Shown: positions 27,749 to 37,754, counted from the stretch's first letter. The stretch is DNA of 64,000 nucleotides from Candidatus Poriferisodalis sp. (GCF_965219595.1 NZ_OZ244781.1:133429-197428); one strand, 5' to 3'. The notes: generated by a model not told the origin, from the sequence alone. Made by a program: numbers and translations.

Positions 27749-29137
27749 GTGGCCGACACCACCTTCACCAGCTGCGATGAACGCTGCGCCTTCGGTCGAA
27801 CGCCTCGGAGACTGTCGCCAGCTGCACGGCACCTGCTTTGGTCTGCCGCGGTGTTGATCGCTGCGTGCCAGCCCAGTGCTGAAGACTCCACGTTGGCAGA
27901 CACCGCTCAAGGCCCGCAATCATCCCTAACCAGCCCTTCCGCCAGCACGGAAGCGACGACGGTGGCACCTGGCTCGACTGCCCCTGTCCAAGTGGAGCTT
28001 GGGACCTCGCCACCTCCCGATTGGTTACGCAGGGCAGCGTCACGATGGCCCTCCACCCCGCCCGTGTCAGTGGCTGACGCCGTCGATAGCGATACCGATG
28101 ATCAGGCCGAGGTGCCTTCCTGCAACGAAGTCGACTTTCCCGTCGGCTCGGGAGAGGAACTCGTCTGGGGGTCTCGCGCCGGAGTGCCGGATCCTGCACC
28201 TGCCAGTACTGATCGGCACAAGATCGCCGCGTTGCGCTTACCCCGACATCCCGGTGATCCACAGGAACTGTTAGTCGTCCACACTGACGATGGGGGCACA
28301 GCCGCCATGCACAGCGTCGAGCTGAGTCCTACGGGAGCCATGCACCCATTGCTCCGCACACACTCGAGCGTCGGCGACATCGTCGTCACCTCCGAACGCT
28401 GGTTCATTCCGGTAACCGTCACGCCGTTTCTGGATCCGAGCCAGCTCATTCCAGGAGATGTCGCTCGCCAGGTGATCGACGTCTACGACATCTACGAATA
28501 CGGACGCGGGCCGCAACAACTCCCTGGAATCGCACTCGGCGGTGAGTACTACGACGCGGACGGCGAGCTTGCGCCGTTCAAGTGCTCTGTCCTGTGGTCG
28601 CAGATCGGTGTGACCTCGGAGCAGTTTTCTGAGTTGTTCTCCGAGTACGCGTACAACATCCAATTGCACGGGACCGACTTCCCGACGTACGTCGGGTATC
28701 CCAACATCGATCAGACATCCGGGTACATCTTGACGGCGACTTGGGGCGAGGAACCCGCCCGCGCTCAACTGCCAGACAACCGCGGGCATTGCTGCAGCAT
28801 CGAAGTTCTAGATACGGGATTCGTCGCCATATCGAACGTCGTGCCACCTGGGCGGTACCGGTGGCCCGAATATGCGCCGCCGGTGCACTACTCCTCGGAC
28901 GGCTTGACGTGGGAAGTCGTCGACGTTCCCACGCACTATGTCGGCCATCAACCAGGAGAACCACGATGGGAGGTCCCCATTTGGGTGTGCTCTGCCGAGT
29001 CCACCGATTCCGGCAGCGCCATCATTCGTGAAGCACTTCACTCATTTGACGGCTGTAGCGATTTCGCGTACTGGACAGCCGACGGGGATCTCACGAACTG
29101 GCGGAAACTGCTCGCGCCGCCGCCCGGATACGACTAG
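27749..29137 (+). CDS. hypothetical lipoprotein
   Basis: GTG 27749 lies 4 nt after the RCC1 stop. Signal RRLSPAARHLLWSAAVLIAAC has a lipobox. No family recognised. The upstream 230 aa of the 692-aa ORF overlap the RCC1 gene out of frame. Confidence 0.65.
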   Translation: MADTTFTSCDERCAFGRTPRRLSPAARHLLWSAAVLIAACQPSAEDSTLADTAQGPQSSLTSPSASTEATTVAPGSTAPVQVELGTSPPPDWLRRAASRWPSTPPVSVADAVDSDTDDQAEVPSCNEVDFPVGSGEELVWGSRAGVPDPAPASTDRHKIAALRLPRHPGDPQELLVVHTDDGGTAAMHSVELSPTGAMHPLLRTHSSVGDIVVTSERWFIPVTVTPFLDPSQLIPGDVARQVIDVYDIYEYGRGPQQLPGIALGGEYYDADGELAPFKCSVLWSQIGVTSEQFSELFSEYAYNIQLHGTDFPTYVGYPNIDQTSGYILTATWGEEPARAQLPDNRGHCCSIEVLDTGFVAISNVVPPGRYRWPEYAPPVHYSSDGLTWEVVDVPTHYVGHQPGEPRWEVPIWVCSAESTDSGSAIIREALHSFDGCSDFAYWTADGDLTNWRKLLAPPPGYD

Positions 29138-29180
29138 GGGCTGAACGGTCAGTCTTGAGGAGAGACCCAGCGCCATGCGC

Positions 29181-29214
29181 CACGCCCCGCCTCTAGCCTC
29201 GCTTCATGGCATCA
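29181..29214 (+). repeat. right copy of the 34-bp direct repeat
   Basis: CAC(G)CCCCGCCTCTAGCCTCGCTTCATGGCATCA. It retains a relic TPRL-TAG identical to the monooxygenase C-terminus and supplies the ATG of ORF 29206. Confidence 0.95.
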
Positions 29215-29484
29215 ACACCGCCCCGCGGTGCTGAACCGGTCCGCAACGGCCTGCGGTCCAGCGACAACGGCGCGAGCAGCGATGAGGATTGGGTGGAACT
29301 CGTCACCCACGCAATGCAGCTCGCGGCCAAGCAGGCTCATCTGGTGGCGTACCAGACCGGCACGGGGGTGCTGTACCGGCGTGCCGACGGAGCAGTGGGC
29401 GTCTTCAAGCCTGATCCGGCGATGTACGAAGACCTGATCCCGCCGCCATTCGAAGACGAGCAGATCCTGCGCGTCGAGTCTTGA
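29206..29484 (+). CDS. hypothetical small protein (92 aa)
   Basis: ORF starts with the same ATGGCATCA as the RCC1 gene. Acidic, non-repetitive composition. No family recognised. Confidence 0.5.
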   Translation: MASTPPRGAEPVRNGLRSSDNGASSDEDWVELVTHAMQLAAKQAHLVAYQTGTGVLYRRADGAVGVFKPDPAMYEDLIPPPFEDEQILRVES

Positions 29485-29602
29485 GACGGGTGCGCTCGCA
29501 GCGACACCTGCAACGAGTGCAGACGCCGCAACCGCAGATGCCGTCACTGGGGCCGCTCCCGCCACGACTGCGGTGGCCGATCCAAGCACCCGTCAGCTTG
29601 GA

Positions 29603-30052
29603 CTATCCACGTTCCGGCGCCTGCTTGTCGAGCAATCGATAGTCCGCGCCGATGCCGGCCATCGCAGCGCCGATACGCGGCCCGTGATCGCCGGACCACA
29701 CGCAGAGCGGCGCGGCGAGGAATTCTGCCGCCGCCACAGCTTCCGCGCCGAGGCTGGAGAGCCCGAATGTCGCAGCCAATTCGGCCATGCGAAAGGCGAT
29801 CGATCGCATCGGCACGATCTGGACATCCTCATCGAGGATGACAAGGCGATCGCCGAGAGCGCGTTGGGCAGCCCGCGGCCATGCACCCGTGAGCGCCCCG
29901 CCGCTTGATCGGACAACCGAGCGACACAGTCGCACCAGATAGAGATTGGTGGTTGCCGGCGAGTTGTCGGCGAGCGTCTGGCTGAGCGCCGGATCTGCCT
30001 CGTCTGCGAGCAGGTCGCGTAAGAGATGATCGTCCAGAATGACTCGGCTCAT
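29603..30052 (-). CDS. putative toxin of a type II TA pair, degenerate PIN-like
   Basis: ATGA overlap with the upstream AbrB-type gene. N-terminal VILDDHLLRDLL and C-terminal AVAAAEFLAAPLCVWSGD resemble PIN strand/helix patterns, but not all acidic catalytic residues are evident. Confidence 0.5.
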   Translation of the reverse strand: MSRVILDDHLLRDLLADEADPALSQTLADNSPATTNLYLVRLCRSVVRSSGGALTGAWPRAAQRALGDRLVILDEDVQIVPMRSIAFRMAELAATFGLSSLGAEAVAAAEFLAAPLCVWSGDHGPRIGAAMAGIGADYRLLDKQAPERG

Positions 30053-30288
30053 GTGGTGGCGAGATCAGGATCGTCGTCAAGGGAACGGACGAACTCCGCG
30101 TGCTGCTCGTGACTCAGCAGATCACCGAGGAGCCGCCGGGCCTGACCTGCAGGCACAGTCAGCACGCAGAATCCCAGATCCAAGACGTCGACCTGACCGC
30201 CATCGTCCAGTTGCCAGCGGTGACGCACCCCAGCGGGCAGCGACATCTGCCCCGACGACGACACCTTGTACTGCTGCACGGCGCTCAT
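30049..30288 (-). CDS. AbrB/MazE/SpoVT-family antitoxin
   Basis: KVSSSGQMSLPAGVRHRWQL is the swapped-hairpin AbrB-type DNA-binding motif. 79 aa with an acidic C-terminus. Confidence 0.75.
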   Translation of the reverse strand: MSAVQQYKVSSSGQMSLPAGVRHRWQLDDGGQVDVLDLGFCVLTVPAGQARRLLGDLLSHEQHAEFVRSLDDDPDLATT

Positions 30289-30290
30289 GG

Positions 30291-30335
30291 CAGTATTTTA
30301 CTTGGTGAAGAGCACTGTATTACCAAGTTTTTGCA
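30291..30335 (-). promoter_or_regulatory. candidate promoter/operator of the TA pair
   Basis: Locally AT-rich stretch immediately upstream of the antitoxin ATG. It contains a 7-bp inverted repeat, ACTTGGT (30300-06) / ACCAAGT (30322-28), with a 15-nt spacer. Confidence 0.35.
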
Positions 30336-30372
30336 GCGACGCCCCGTACCGGGCAAGTCGAGCTTCCTCGGG

Positions 30373-30927
30373 CTACCAGCGGTGGCCGGGGGGGACGCCG
30401 GTCATCCATTCGGAGATGCGGCGTGAGGTGCCCGGTGTGGTGCCTGGGGGGAGTTCGCCGGGGGGGAAGAAGGCCACCTCGGCGATCTCCGGGGAAACCG
30501 ACTCCTCGACACGCCAGTCGGTCACCACGAATACGACGATGTGGTCGCTGCGGTTGCCGTGGCGTGAGGAGTACACGCCGAGCACGTTCTGGGGCGTCTC
30601 GGCGACCACGACACCGGTTTCCTCGCGCAGCTCCCGCGCCACCGCCTCCACCAGCGCCTCGCGGGTCTTGACGCCGCCGCCGGGCAGGAACCAGCCGTCC
30701 CGGTAGGTGTGCCGCACCAAGCAGACACGGCCCTTGTGGTCCACGACCAGACCGCGCACACCGAGCGTGACTCTCGCAGGTCGCAGCCGCACCCAGAACT
30801 CGAAGAGCTGGTGCAGCATCCGGCGCACGCCCGGTTTCGACTCGACCGTGCCCTCCACGACGGGCGCGGGCGCAGCACGCTCGGGGCGCTCCGGCTTGGC
30901 GCGCCGCTTCAGGCGTGGCAGTCGCAT
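30373..30927 (-). CDS. NUDIX hydrolase
   Basis: Nudix box GGGVKTREALVEAVARELREETGV. Confidence 0.88.
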   Translation of the reverse strand: MRLPRLKRRAKPERPERAAPAPVVEGTVESKPGVRRMLHQLFEFWVRLRPARVTLGVRGLVVDHKGRVCLVRHTYRDGWFLPGGGVKTREALVEAVARELREETGVVVAETPQNVLGVYSSRHGNRSDHIVVFVVTDWRVEESVSPEIAEVAFFPPGELPPGTTPGTSRRISEWMTGVPPGHRW

Positions 30928-30937
30928 CGGGAGGCGG

Positions 30938-31234
30938 TCAGCCCGCGGCGCCCGCTAGGCCGTCCATGGCACGCGCGAGCTCGGCGTCCAGTTCGGTCAC
31001 GCCGCCGCGGTCATGGGTGTTCAACGCCACCTCCACCGTGCTGTACACGTTCGACCAGTTGGGATGGTGGTCCATCTTCTCGGCCACCAAGGCGGCAGCG
31101 GCCATGAAGCCGAATGCCTCCACGAAGTTCCCGAAGCGGAAGGTGCGGCGCAGCTCGCTCCCCGACACCTCCCAGGTTCCGAGCTCGGCGGCGAGTTCGC
31201 TCAGTTCGTCCTGCGTCAACAGCTCTCGTGCCAT
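30938..31234 (-). CDS. phhB: 4a-hydroxytetrahydrobiopterin (pterin-4a-carbinolamine) dehydratase
   Basis: 98 aa. W......L.R.F.F.NF..A..F and DHHPNWSNVYSTVEVALNTHD are the PCD/DCoH signature. Confidence 0.88.
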   Translation of the reverse strand: MARELLTQDELSELAAELGTWEVSGSELRRTFRFGNFVEAFGFMAAAALVAEKMDHHPNWSNVYSTVEVALNTHDRGGVTELDAELARAMDGLAGAAG

Positions 31235-31347
31235 CGGATGACCCTCCCCAGGTTTCCCCTTGCCCAGTCAACACCAACCGGCGCGTACATCGAAAGGTCA
31301 ATATGCGCGGGCGTCGAGGGCAGGCGCCAAGCGATGCTCAGCTGCGC

Positions 31348-32247
31348 TCAGCCCAACTCGTCGAGCGGGTCTGCCCAGGGATCGGCGAAAGGATCGTCGG
31401 CAGGGGTCGATCCGACCCCACCGGAGAGAGGGCTGCCGAGCCCTCCGATGGACACTGCCACGCCGGCATCGGGCTCTTCGGGCAGGTAGGGCGTGTAGCC
31501 GTCGGCTTCGAGTGCCTCGGCAAGCTCGGGACCGCCTGAGTCGACGATGCGGCCGTCCACGATCACGTGGACCTCGTCGGGCCGGAGGTACTCCAGCACG
31601 CGGGTGAAGTGCGTGATGGCCAGCACGCCCAGGCCCGCCTCGGTGAGCGCTTCGATGCGGTTGGCGCAGGCGCGCAACGCGTCGATGTCGAGGCCGCTGT
31701 CGATCTCGTCGAGGATGGCGATGCGGGGCTGCAGCACGGCGAGCTGGACGGTCTCGTTGCGCTTCTTCTCGCCGCCCGACATGTCGACATTCAGCGGCCG
31801 CGCCACCAGCTCAGCCTTCAGCCCGACAGCGGCCGCCTCGGCTTCGAGCAGGCTGCGGGTGCGCTCAAGCTGGTCATCGCTCGGGCCGTCATCGCCGGCC
31901 CGCAGCGCAAGCGCCTCGGCCAGTGCTTGGGCGGCCGAGACGCCCGGCACCTCGGTCGGATGCTGCATGGCCAGGAACAGCCCGGCCTGCGCCCGCTCCC
32001 ACGGCGCCAGGCTCAGCACGTCGACGCCGTCGAGGGTGACCGATCCGGCAGTGACCTCGTAGCCCGGGCGGCCCATGACAACGTGCGCCAGCGTGCTCTT
32101 GCCGGAGCCGTTGGGCCCCATGACTGCGTGAACTCGCCCGGAGGACACTTCGAGATCCACGCCCTGGAGGATCTCGGTGTCGCCCGCCGATGCGTGCAGT
32201 CCCTCGATACGAAGCGTGTGCGCGGCCTCGGCGGTCGGAGCGCTCAT
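31348..32247 (-). CDS. sufC: SufC-like ATPase, divergent second copy with a ~50-aa C-terminal extension
   Basis: ATG 32247 overlaps the Rieske stop (ATGA). GPNGSGKSTLA, LAMQHP.EVPGV, SGGEKKRNETVQ and LDEIDSGLDIDAL, followed by the tail ...GSTPADDPFADPWADPLDELG. Confidence 0.85.
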   Translation of the reverse strand: MSAPTAEAAHTLRIEGLHASAGDTEILQGVDLEVSSGRVHAVMGPNGSGKSTLAHVVMGRPGYEVTAGSVTLDGVDVLSLAPWERAQAGLFLAMQHPTEVPGVSAAQALAEALALRAGDDGPSDDQLERTRSLLEAEAAAVGLKAELVARPLNVDMSGGEKKRNETVQLAVLQPRIAILDEIDSGLDIDALRACANRIEALTEAGLGVLAITHFTRVLEYLRPDEVHVIVDGRIVDSGGPELAEALEADGYTPYLPEEPDAGVAVSIGGLGSPLSGGVGSTPADDPFADPWADPLDELG

Positions 32248-32576
32248 GGCAGCACCACCGCCACGCCGTCGTCGCCAGTGCGAATCTCGTACACCGGGAC
32301 CGGCTGGGTGGCGGGGAAGCAGTTCGGACGGCCCGTTCGCAGGTCGAAGCTCGACGAGTGCTGGGGGCATTCCAGCGCGCACTCATCGGGCCACACCCAG
32401 CCGTCGGCCAGCGAGTAGTTCTGGTGACTGCACTGGTCGCCGATGGCGTAGAAGTCGTCGCCGATGCGTGCGAGCGCGATGCGGTGACCCTCGACGTCGA
32501 AGCGTCGGGCCTCGCCGTCGGGCACGTCGTCGTGCTGGCACAGCACGACAGTGCGGGCATCGTCAGCTGTGCTCAT
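32244..32576 (-). CDS. Rieske [2Fe-2S] ferredoxin-like protein
   Basis: CSHQ...(17)...CPQH ligand boxes. 110 aa, in the usual actinobacterial position between sufD and sufC. Confidence 0.88.
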   Translation of the reverse strand: MSTADDARTVVLCQHDDVPDGEARRFDVEGHRIALARIGDDFYAIGDQCSHQNYSLADGWVWPDECALECPQHSSSFDLRTGRPNCFPATQPVPVYEIRTGDDGVAVVLP

Positions 32577-32634
32577 CGCACCGCCTCCATGGCGGTCGAA
32601 CTCATTGCACCGCCTCCGTGGCGGTCGAACTCGT
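32577..32634 (-). repeat. 29-bp tandem duplication (2 copies, 3 mismatches) in the sufD-Rieske spacer
   Basis: CGCACCGCCTCCATGGCGGTCGAACTCAT / TGCACCGCCTCCGTGGCGGTCGAACTCGT. Each copy holds an ACCGCC-N5-GGCGGT hairpin. Confidence 0.9.
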
Positions 32635-33884
32635 CACAGCGCCGCCGTGAAGTCGGCGTCTGACACCAGCTCGTCGATGCGCTGGCGCACCGATGCCGAG
32701 ATCTGCTCAGACGGCAGCGCATCGAGGACTTCGTCGAAGAACCCGCGCACCACGAGCGCCTCGGCAACGTCAGTCGGCACGCCCCGGCTCTCGAGGTAGA
32801 AGCGCTGGTCGGCGTCGACCGGGCCGATCGACGAGGCGTGACTGCACTGCACGTCGCTGTTCTCGATCTCGAGGTTCGGCACCGACTCGGCCCATGCGTT
32901 CGGCGACAGCTTCAGGTTCCGGTTGGTCTGATCGGCCTGGACGTTCGAGGCGTCGGCCTCGATGCGGATCAGCCCGGTGTAGACGGCCCGGGCGTAGTCG
33001 TCGACCGCCCCCTTGAACAGCAGGTCAGATGTGGTGTGCGGTGCGACGTGGGTCTGGAACGTGCGGAAGTCGAGCGTGGAGGTGCCACGGCCGAAGTACA
33101 CGGCGTCGATCTCGCTGTGGCCGCCGCGGCCGGTCATGTCGATGCCGATGCGGGCCCGGGCGTAGTCGCCGCCCATCGCCACATGACCGATCCTCAGGTT
33201 GGCATCGCGGCCCGCGTCTGCGCAGAGGTTGGCGATCTGCCAGGCGGCCTCGCCCAGTTCCTGCACGGTGACGTGGCCGAGATGTGCGCCGTCGCCCACG
33301 CTCAGCTCGGTGAGCGGGCAGATGAGCGCGGGCGTGTTCCCGCCGGTGTGGTGCTCGATCACGGTGGCCTGGCTGGTGCGGCCAGCCATCACGACGAGTC
33401 GAGGGAACCATGCCAGCCCGTCGACGTCGGTGTGGACGTGCACCACGATGGGATCGGTCAGCACCGCCTTCGGATCGATGCTGACCACCACCGGAGCCGA
33501 GGCGAGTGCGAGGTTCCAGTCGCCGAAGACATCCGGCCCCTCGGGCGCCACCGTGCCGATCAAGTCGTCGGCTCCGCTGCCGAGCGTGTCGACGCGGACA
33601 CAGTCGGCTCGCACCGACACGTCGAGGACTGCACCGTTGGCGATGTGAACGACCGCTGCGGCGCCGTCGTCGACACCGCTCATCAGGCCCGCCGGCCCCG
33701 CCGCTCCCCCGGGCGCTGCGAAGGCATACCGCGCCGGGTCGAGATCGTCGATCGGGGTGTAGCGCCACACCTCTTCGGTGAATGACGGCTGGCCCGCCGC
33801 AACCGCCCGATCTGCTGCGGCGCGACGCCGCTTGGCCAACGCGTCGGAGCCGTCGAGCGCGTCGACGAGGTCGGGGCTGAACAC
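32634..33884 (-). CDS. sufD: Fe-S cluster assembly protein SufD
   Basis: 416 aa. C-terminal beta-helix region with ...QTNRNL.LS..A...S.P.LEI...DV.CSH...IG..D..Q.FYLESRGV; suf operon context. Confidence 0.88.
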   Translation of the reverse strand: MFSPDLVDALDGSDALAKRRRAAADRAVAAGQPSFTEEVWRYTPIDDLDPARYAFAAPGGAAGPAGLMSGVDDGAAAVVHIANGAVLDVSVRADCVRVDTLGSGADDLIGTVAPEGPDVFGDWNLALASAPVVVSIDPKAVLTDPIVVHVHTDVDGLAWFPRLVVMAGRTSQATVIEHHTGGNTPALICPLTELSVGDGAHLGHVTVQELGEAAWQIANLCADAGRDANLRIGHVAMGGDYARARIGIDMTGRGGHSEIDAVYFGRGTSTLDFRTFQTHVAPHTTSDLLFKGAVDDYARAVYTGLIRIEADASNVQADQTNRNLKLSPNAWAESVPNLEIENSDVQCSHASSIGPVDADQRFYLESRGVPTDVAEALVVRGFFDEVLDALPSEQISASVRQRIDELVSDADFTAAL

Positions 33885-33950
33885 GCTGCGGAGGCTACCG
33901 GCGCGCCCGTCAGGGCCTAGCGGGCCGGAGCGGCCCGCTCCGAGCCGTGA

Positions 33951-34364
33951 TCAAACCTCGCCGTCCTTGCGATCGTCGCGGTCCGAACGACGCTTCACAC
34001 GCTTTGCCTTGCGGGCAGCCTTGCGATTCTTGGACCTGATGCGGATGCCCTTGCGCCGGGACTGCTCCGCTGCAACCTCTTCGAGGATGCGCGGACCGGC
34101 CTCGTTCAGGATGTCCTCGGCAGCGTCGAGGAGGTCGCCGATGGACTCATCCACGCCGATGCTCTCGGGCTCGGTGGCGAAGTTGCGTACACCCAGCGAG
34201 CCGTGCTGCCAGCCGGCGTCAAGCCGTCGGGGCGAATACGACGGACAGTCCTCGGGGCAGCGCCACGGGGCCTCGGGGGCCAAGTCGAGGTTGCACTTCC
34301 GCACGGTGTCGCCGTTGGGGTAGGACCGGCTCTCGTAGTGGCGACAGTTGGTCCGCATCGGCAT
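33951..34364 (-). CDS. hypothetical 4-Cys protein with highly basic C-terminal tail
   Basis: MPMRTNCRHYESRSYPNGDTVRKCNLDLAPEAPWRCPEDCPSY (C7, C24, C36, C40), then an acidic linker and the RRKGIRIRSKNRKAARKAKRVKRRSDRDDRK tail. Confidence 0.7.
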   Translation of the reverse strand: MPMRTNCRHYESRSYPNGDTVRKCNLDLAPEAPWRCPEDCPSYSPRRLDAGWQHGSLGVRNFATEPESIGVDESIGDLLDAAEDILNEAGPRILEEVAAEQSRRKGIRIRSKNRKAARKAKRVKRRSDRDDRKDGEV

Positions 34365-34378
34365 GGCAGTCGCCTCCT

Positions 34379-35254
34379 TCAGCGCTGCGAAATCGCCTCG
34401 GCCAGCGCTATGGCCCGCCGAGCCTCGTCAACATGAAGATTCTCGACCATCTTGCCGTCTACGGTCACCACTCCACGGCCATCTGCCACCGCCGCCTCGA
34501 ATGCCTCGATCACCTGGCGGTGGAAGTCGAGCTCGTCGAGGCTCGGCGAGAAGGCCTCGTTGGCGGGATCGACCTGGCTGGGGTGGATGAGCGTCTTGCC
34601 GTCGAAGCCCAGGTCGGCGCCTTGGCGGCACACAGCCGCGAATCCGTCGGCATCGCGGATGTCGTTGTAGACGCCGTCGAGGGCGGTGACGCCGGCCTCC
34701 CGGGCAGCCACCAAGCAGGTTGCGAGGTGCGGCACCAGAGCAGCCCGGTCGGGCGTGATGGTGGCGTGCAGTTCCTTGGCCATGTCGTTGGTGCCCATGA
34801 CTACCGCTTCGGTTCGCTCGAAGCCGGCGATCTCGCGGGCATGGGCAATGCCCGCCGGTGTCTCGATCATTGCCCAGATGCGCACCGAATCGGGGGCGCC
34901 CGCGGTGTCGAGCAGGTCGGACACGGCAGCGAGATGTGCGGCGCTCGACACCTTGGGAATGACGACGGCCGAGGGAGCTGCTGCACCCGCGGCCCTGATG
35001 TCGTCGCGACCCCACGGGGTGTCGAGACCGTTGCAGCGGATGGTCAGCTCGCGGTAGCCGTACTCGCCTGACGATGCGGCGGCGCACGCGCCCTCGCGGG
35101 CGGCTTCCTTGGCATCGGGCGCGACCGCATCCTCGAGATCGAAGATGAGCGCGTCGGCGCCGATGGTCTTGGCCTTCTCCAGCGCCCGGGCGTTGGCCGC
35201 CGGCATGTAGAGCACCGATCGGCGCGGGCGGGGGCTGGCGGCGGCAGCGCTCAT
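34379..35254 (-). CDS. HpcH/CitE-family protein, malyl-CoA thioesterase (Mcl2)-like
   Basis: RRSVLYMPAANARALEKA...DALIFDLEDAVAPDAK...IRCNGLDTPWG...WAMIETPAG...GTNDMAKEL...DGVYNDIRD...GFDGKTLIHPSQ. CitE fold closest, from memory, to Rhodobacter Mcl2. Confidence 0.7.
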   Translation of the reverse strand: MSAAAASPRPRRSVLYMPAANARALEKAKTIGADALIFDLEDAVAPDAKEAAREGACAAASSGEYGYRELTIRCNGLDTPWGRDDIRAAGAAAPSAVVIPKVSSAAHLAAVSDLLDTAGAPDSVRIWAMIETPAGIAHAREIAGFERTEAVVMGTNDMAKELHATITPDRAALVPHLATCLVAAREAGVTALDGVYNDIRDADGFAAVCRQGADLGFDGKTLIHPSQVDPANEAFSPSLDELDFHRQVIEAFEAAVADGRGVVTVDGKMVENLHVDEARRAIALAEAISQR

Positions 35255-35271
35255 ATGGAGTCCAGACTCTC

Positions 35272-36341
35272 TCAGGCAGTCTCGAGCCCGTAGGCGGCGG
35301 CCAGCTCAGGGTCGGCCGCCGACAGGTCACGAGCGAGCTGCAGCACCACCCGGCACTGCTTCACCGTGGCATCGTCCTGCATCTTGCCGTCGATCATCAC
35401 GGCGCCGGTGCCGTCGCCCATCTCGGTCACCACCCGCTGCGCCCACGCCACCTCGGCGGGCTCGGGGCTGAAGACCCGCTTGGCGATGGCGATCTGGCTG
35501 GGATGCAGGCTCCACGCGCCCACGCAGCCCAGCAGGTAGGCGTTGCGGAACTGGTCCTCGCAGCCGATGGGGTCGGCGATGTCGCCGAACGGCCCGTAGT
35601 AGGGCAGGATCCCTGCGGTGCCGCAGGCGTCCACCATGCGGGCCAGCGTGTAGTGCCACAGATCCTGCTGGAAGGCAGTGCGAGCATCGTTGCCCGCGTC
35701 GCCGTCGCTCTCGGGCACCGGGTCGGTGCGCACCAGGTAGCCGGGGTGCCCGCCGCCCACCCGGGTGGTCTTCATGCGGCGGTCGGCCGCCAGGTCGGCC
35801 GGTCCCAGCGACAGGCCCTGCATGCGGGGGCTGGCCAGGCAGATCGACTCCACGTTGGCCACGCCGCGGGCGGTCTCGAGGATTGCGTGCACCAGCAGCG
35901 GCTGCTCGATGCCCACCCGGGCTTCAAGCTGAGCCAGCAGCCGGTCCACGTAGTGAATGTCTTCGGGGCCTTCCACCTTAGGCACCATGATCACGTCGAG
36001 CTTGTCGCCGATCTCGTGGCACAGCGCCCAGACATCGTCGAGGAACCATGGCGAGTCGAGGCTGTTCACCCGAGTCCACAGCTGCGTGTGACCGCGCTCC
36101 CACGCCTTGCCCACCTCGATCAGCCCGGCCCGGGCGGCGTCCTTGCTGTCGGCCGACACGGCGTCTTCGAGGTTGCCGAGCAGCACGTCCACCGTGGGGG
36201 CGATGTCGGGCACCTTGGCCCGCATCCGCTCATTCGACGGGTCGAAGAAGTGGATCATGCGAGACGGCCGGAAGGGGATCTCGCGCAGCGGAGCAGGCGC
36301 CCCGAGCGCCAGCGGGGCGAAGAAGTCTTTTGGACTGCGCA

Positions 36342-36342
<1 letters not shown>
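35272..36342 (-). CDS. mcl: L-malyl-CoA/beta-methylmalyl-CoA lyase (Mcl1-type)
   Basis: ATG 36342 overlaps the sufB stop (TGATG). [116 protein letters not shown] and [11 protein letters not shown] match Chloroflexus/Rhodobacter Mcl almost block for block. Confidence 0.85.

Positions 36343-37754
<1,412 letters not shown>

Noticed and set aside
25816-30335. Search for an integrase, transposase or tRNA gene that would explain the repeat-bracketed cassette as a classical genomic island.
   Set aside because: None was recognised inside or adjacent to the cassette. No tRNA-like sequence (including a selC candidate) was seen anywhere in the window, so no mobile_element feature is called.
32577-32634. 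The short tandem repeats at 32577, 42118 and 44706 were considered as possible CRISPR arrays.
   Set aside because: There are only 2-2.3 directly abutting copies with no spacers and no cas genes. They are tandem duplications.
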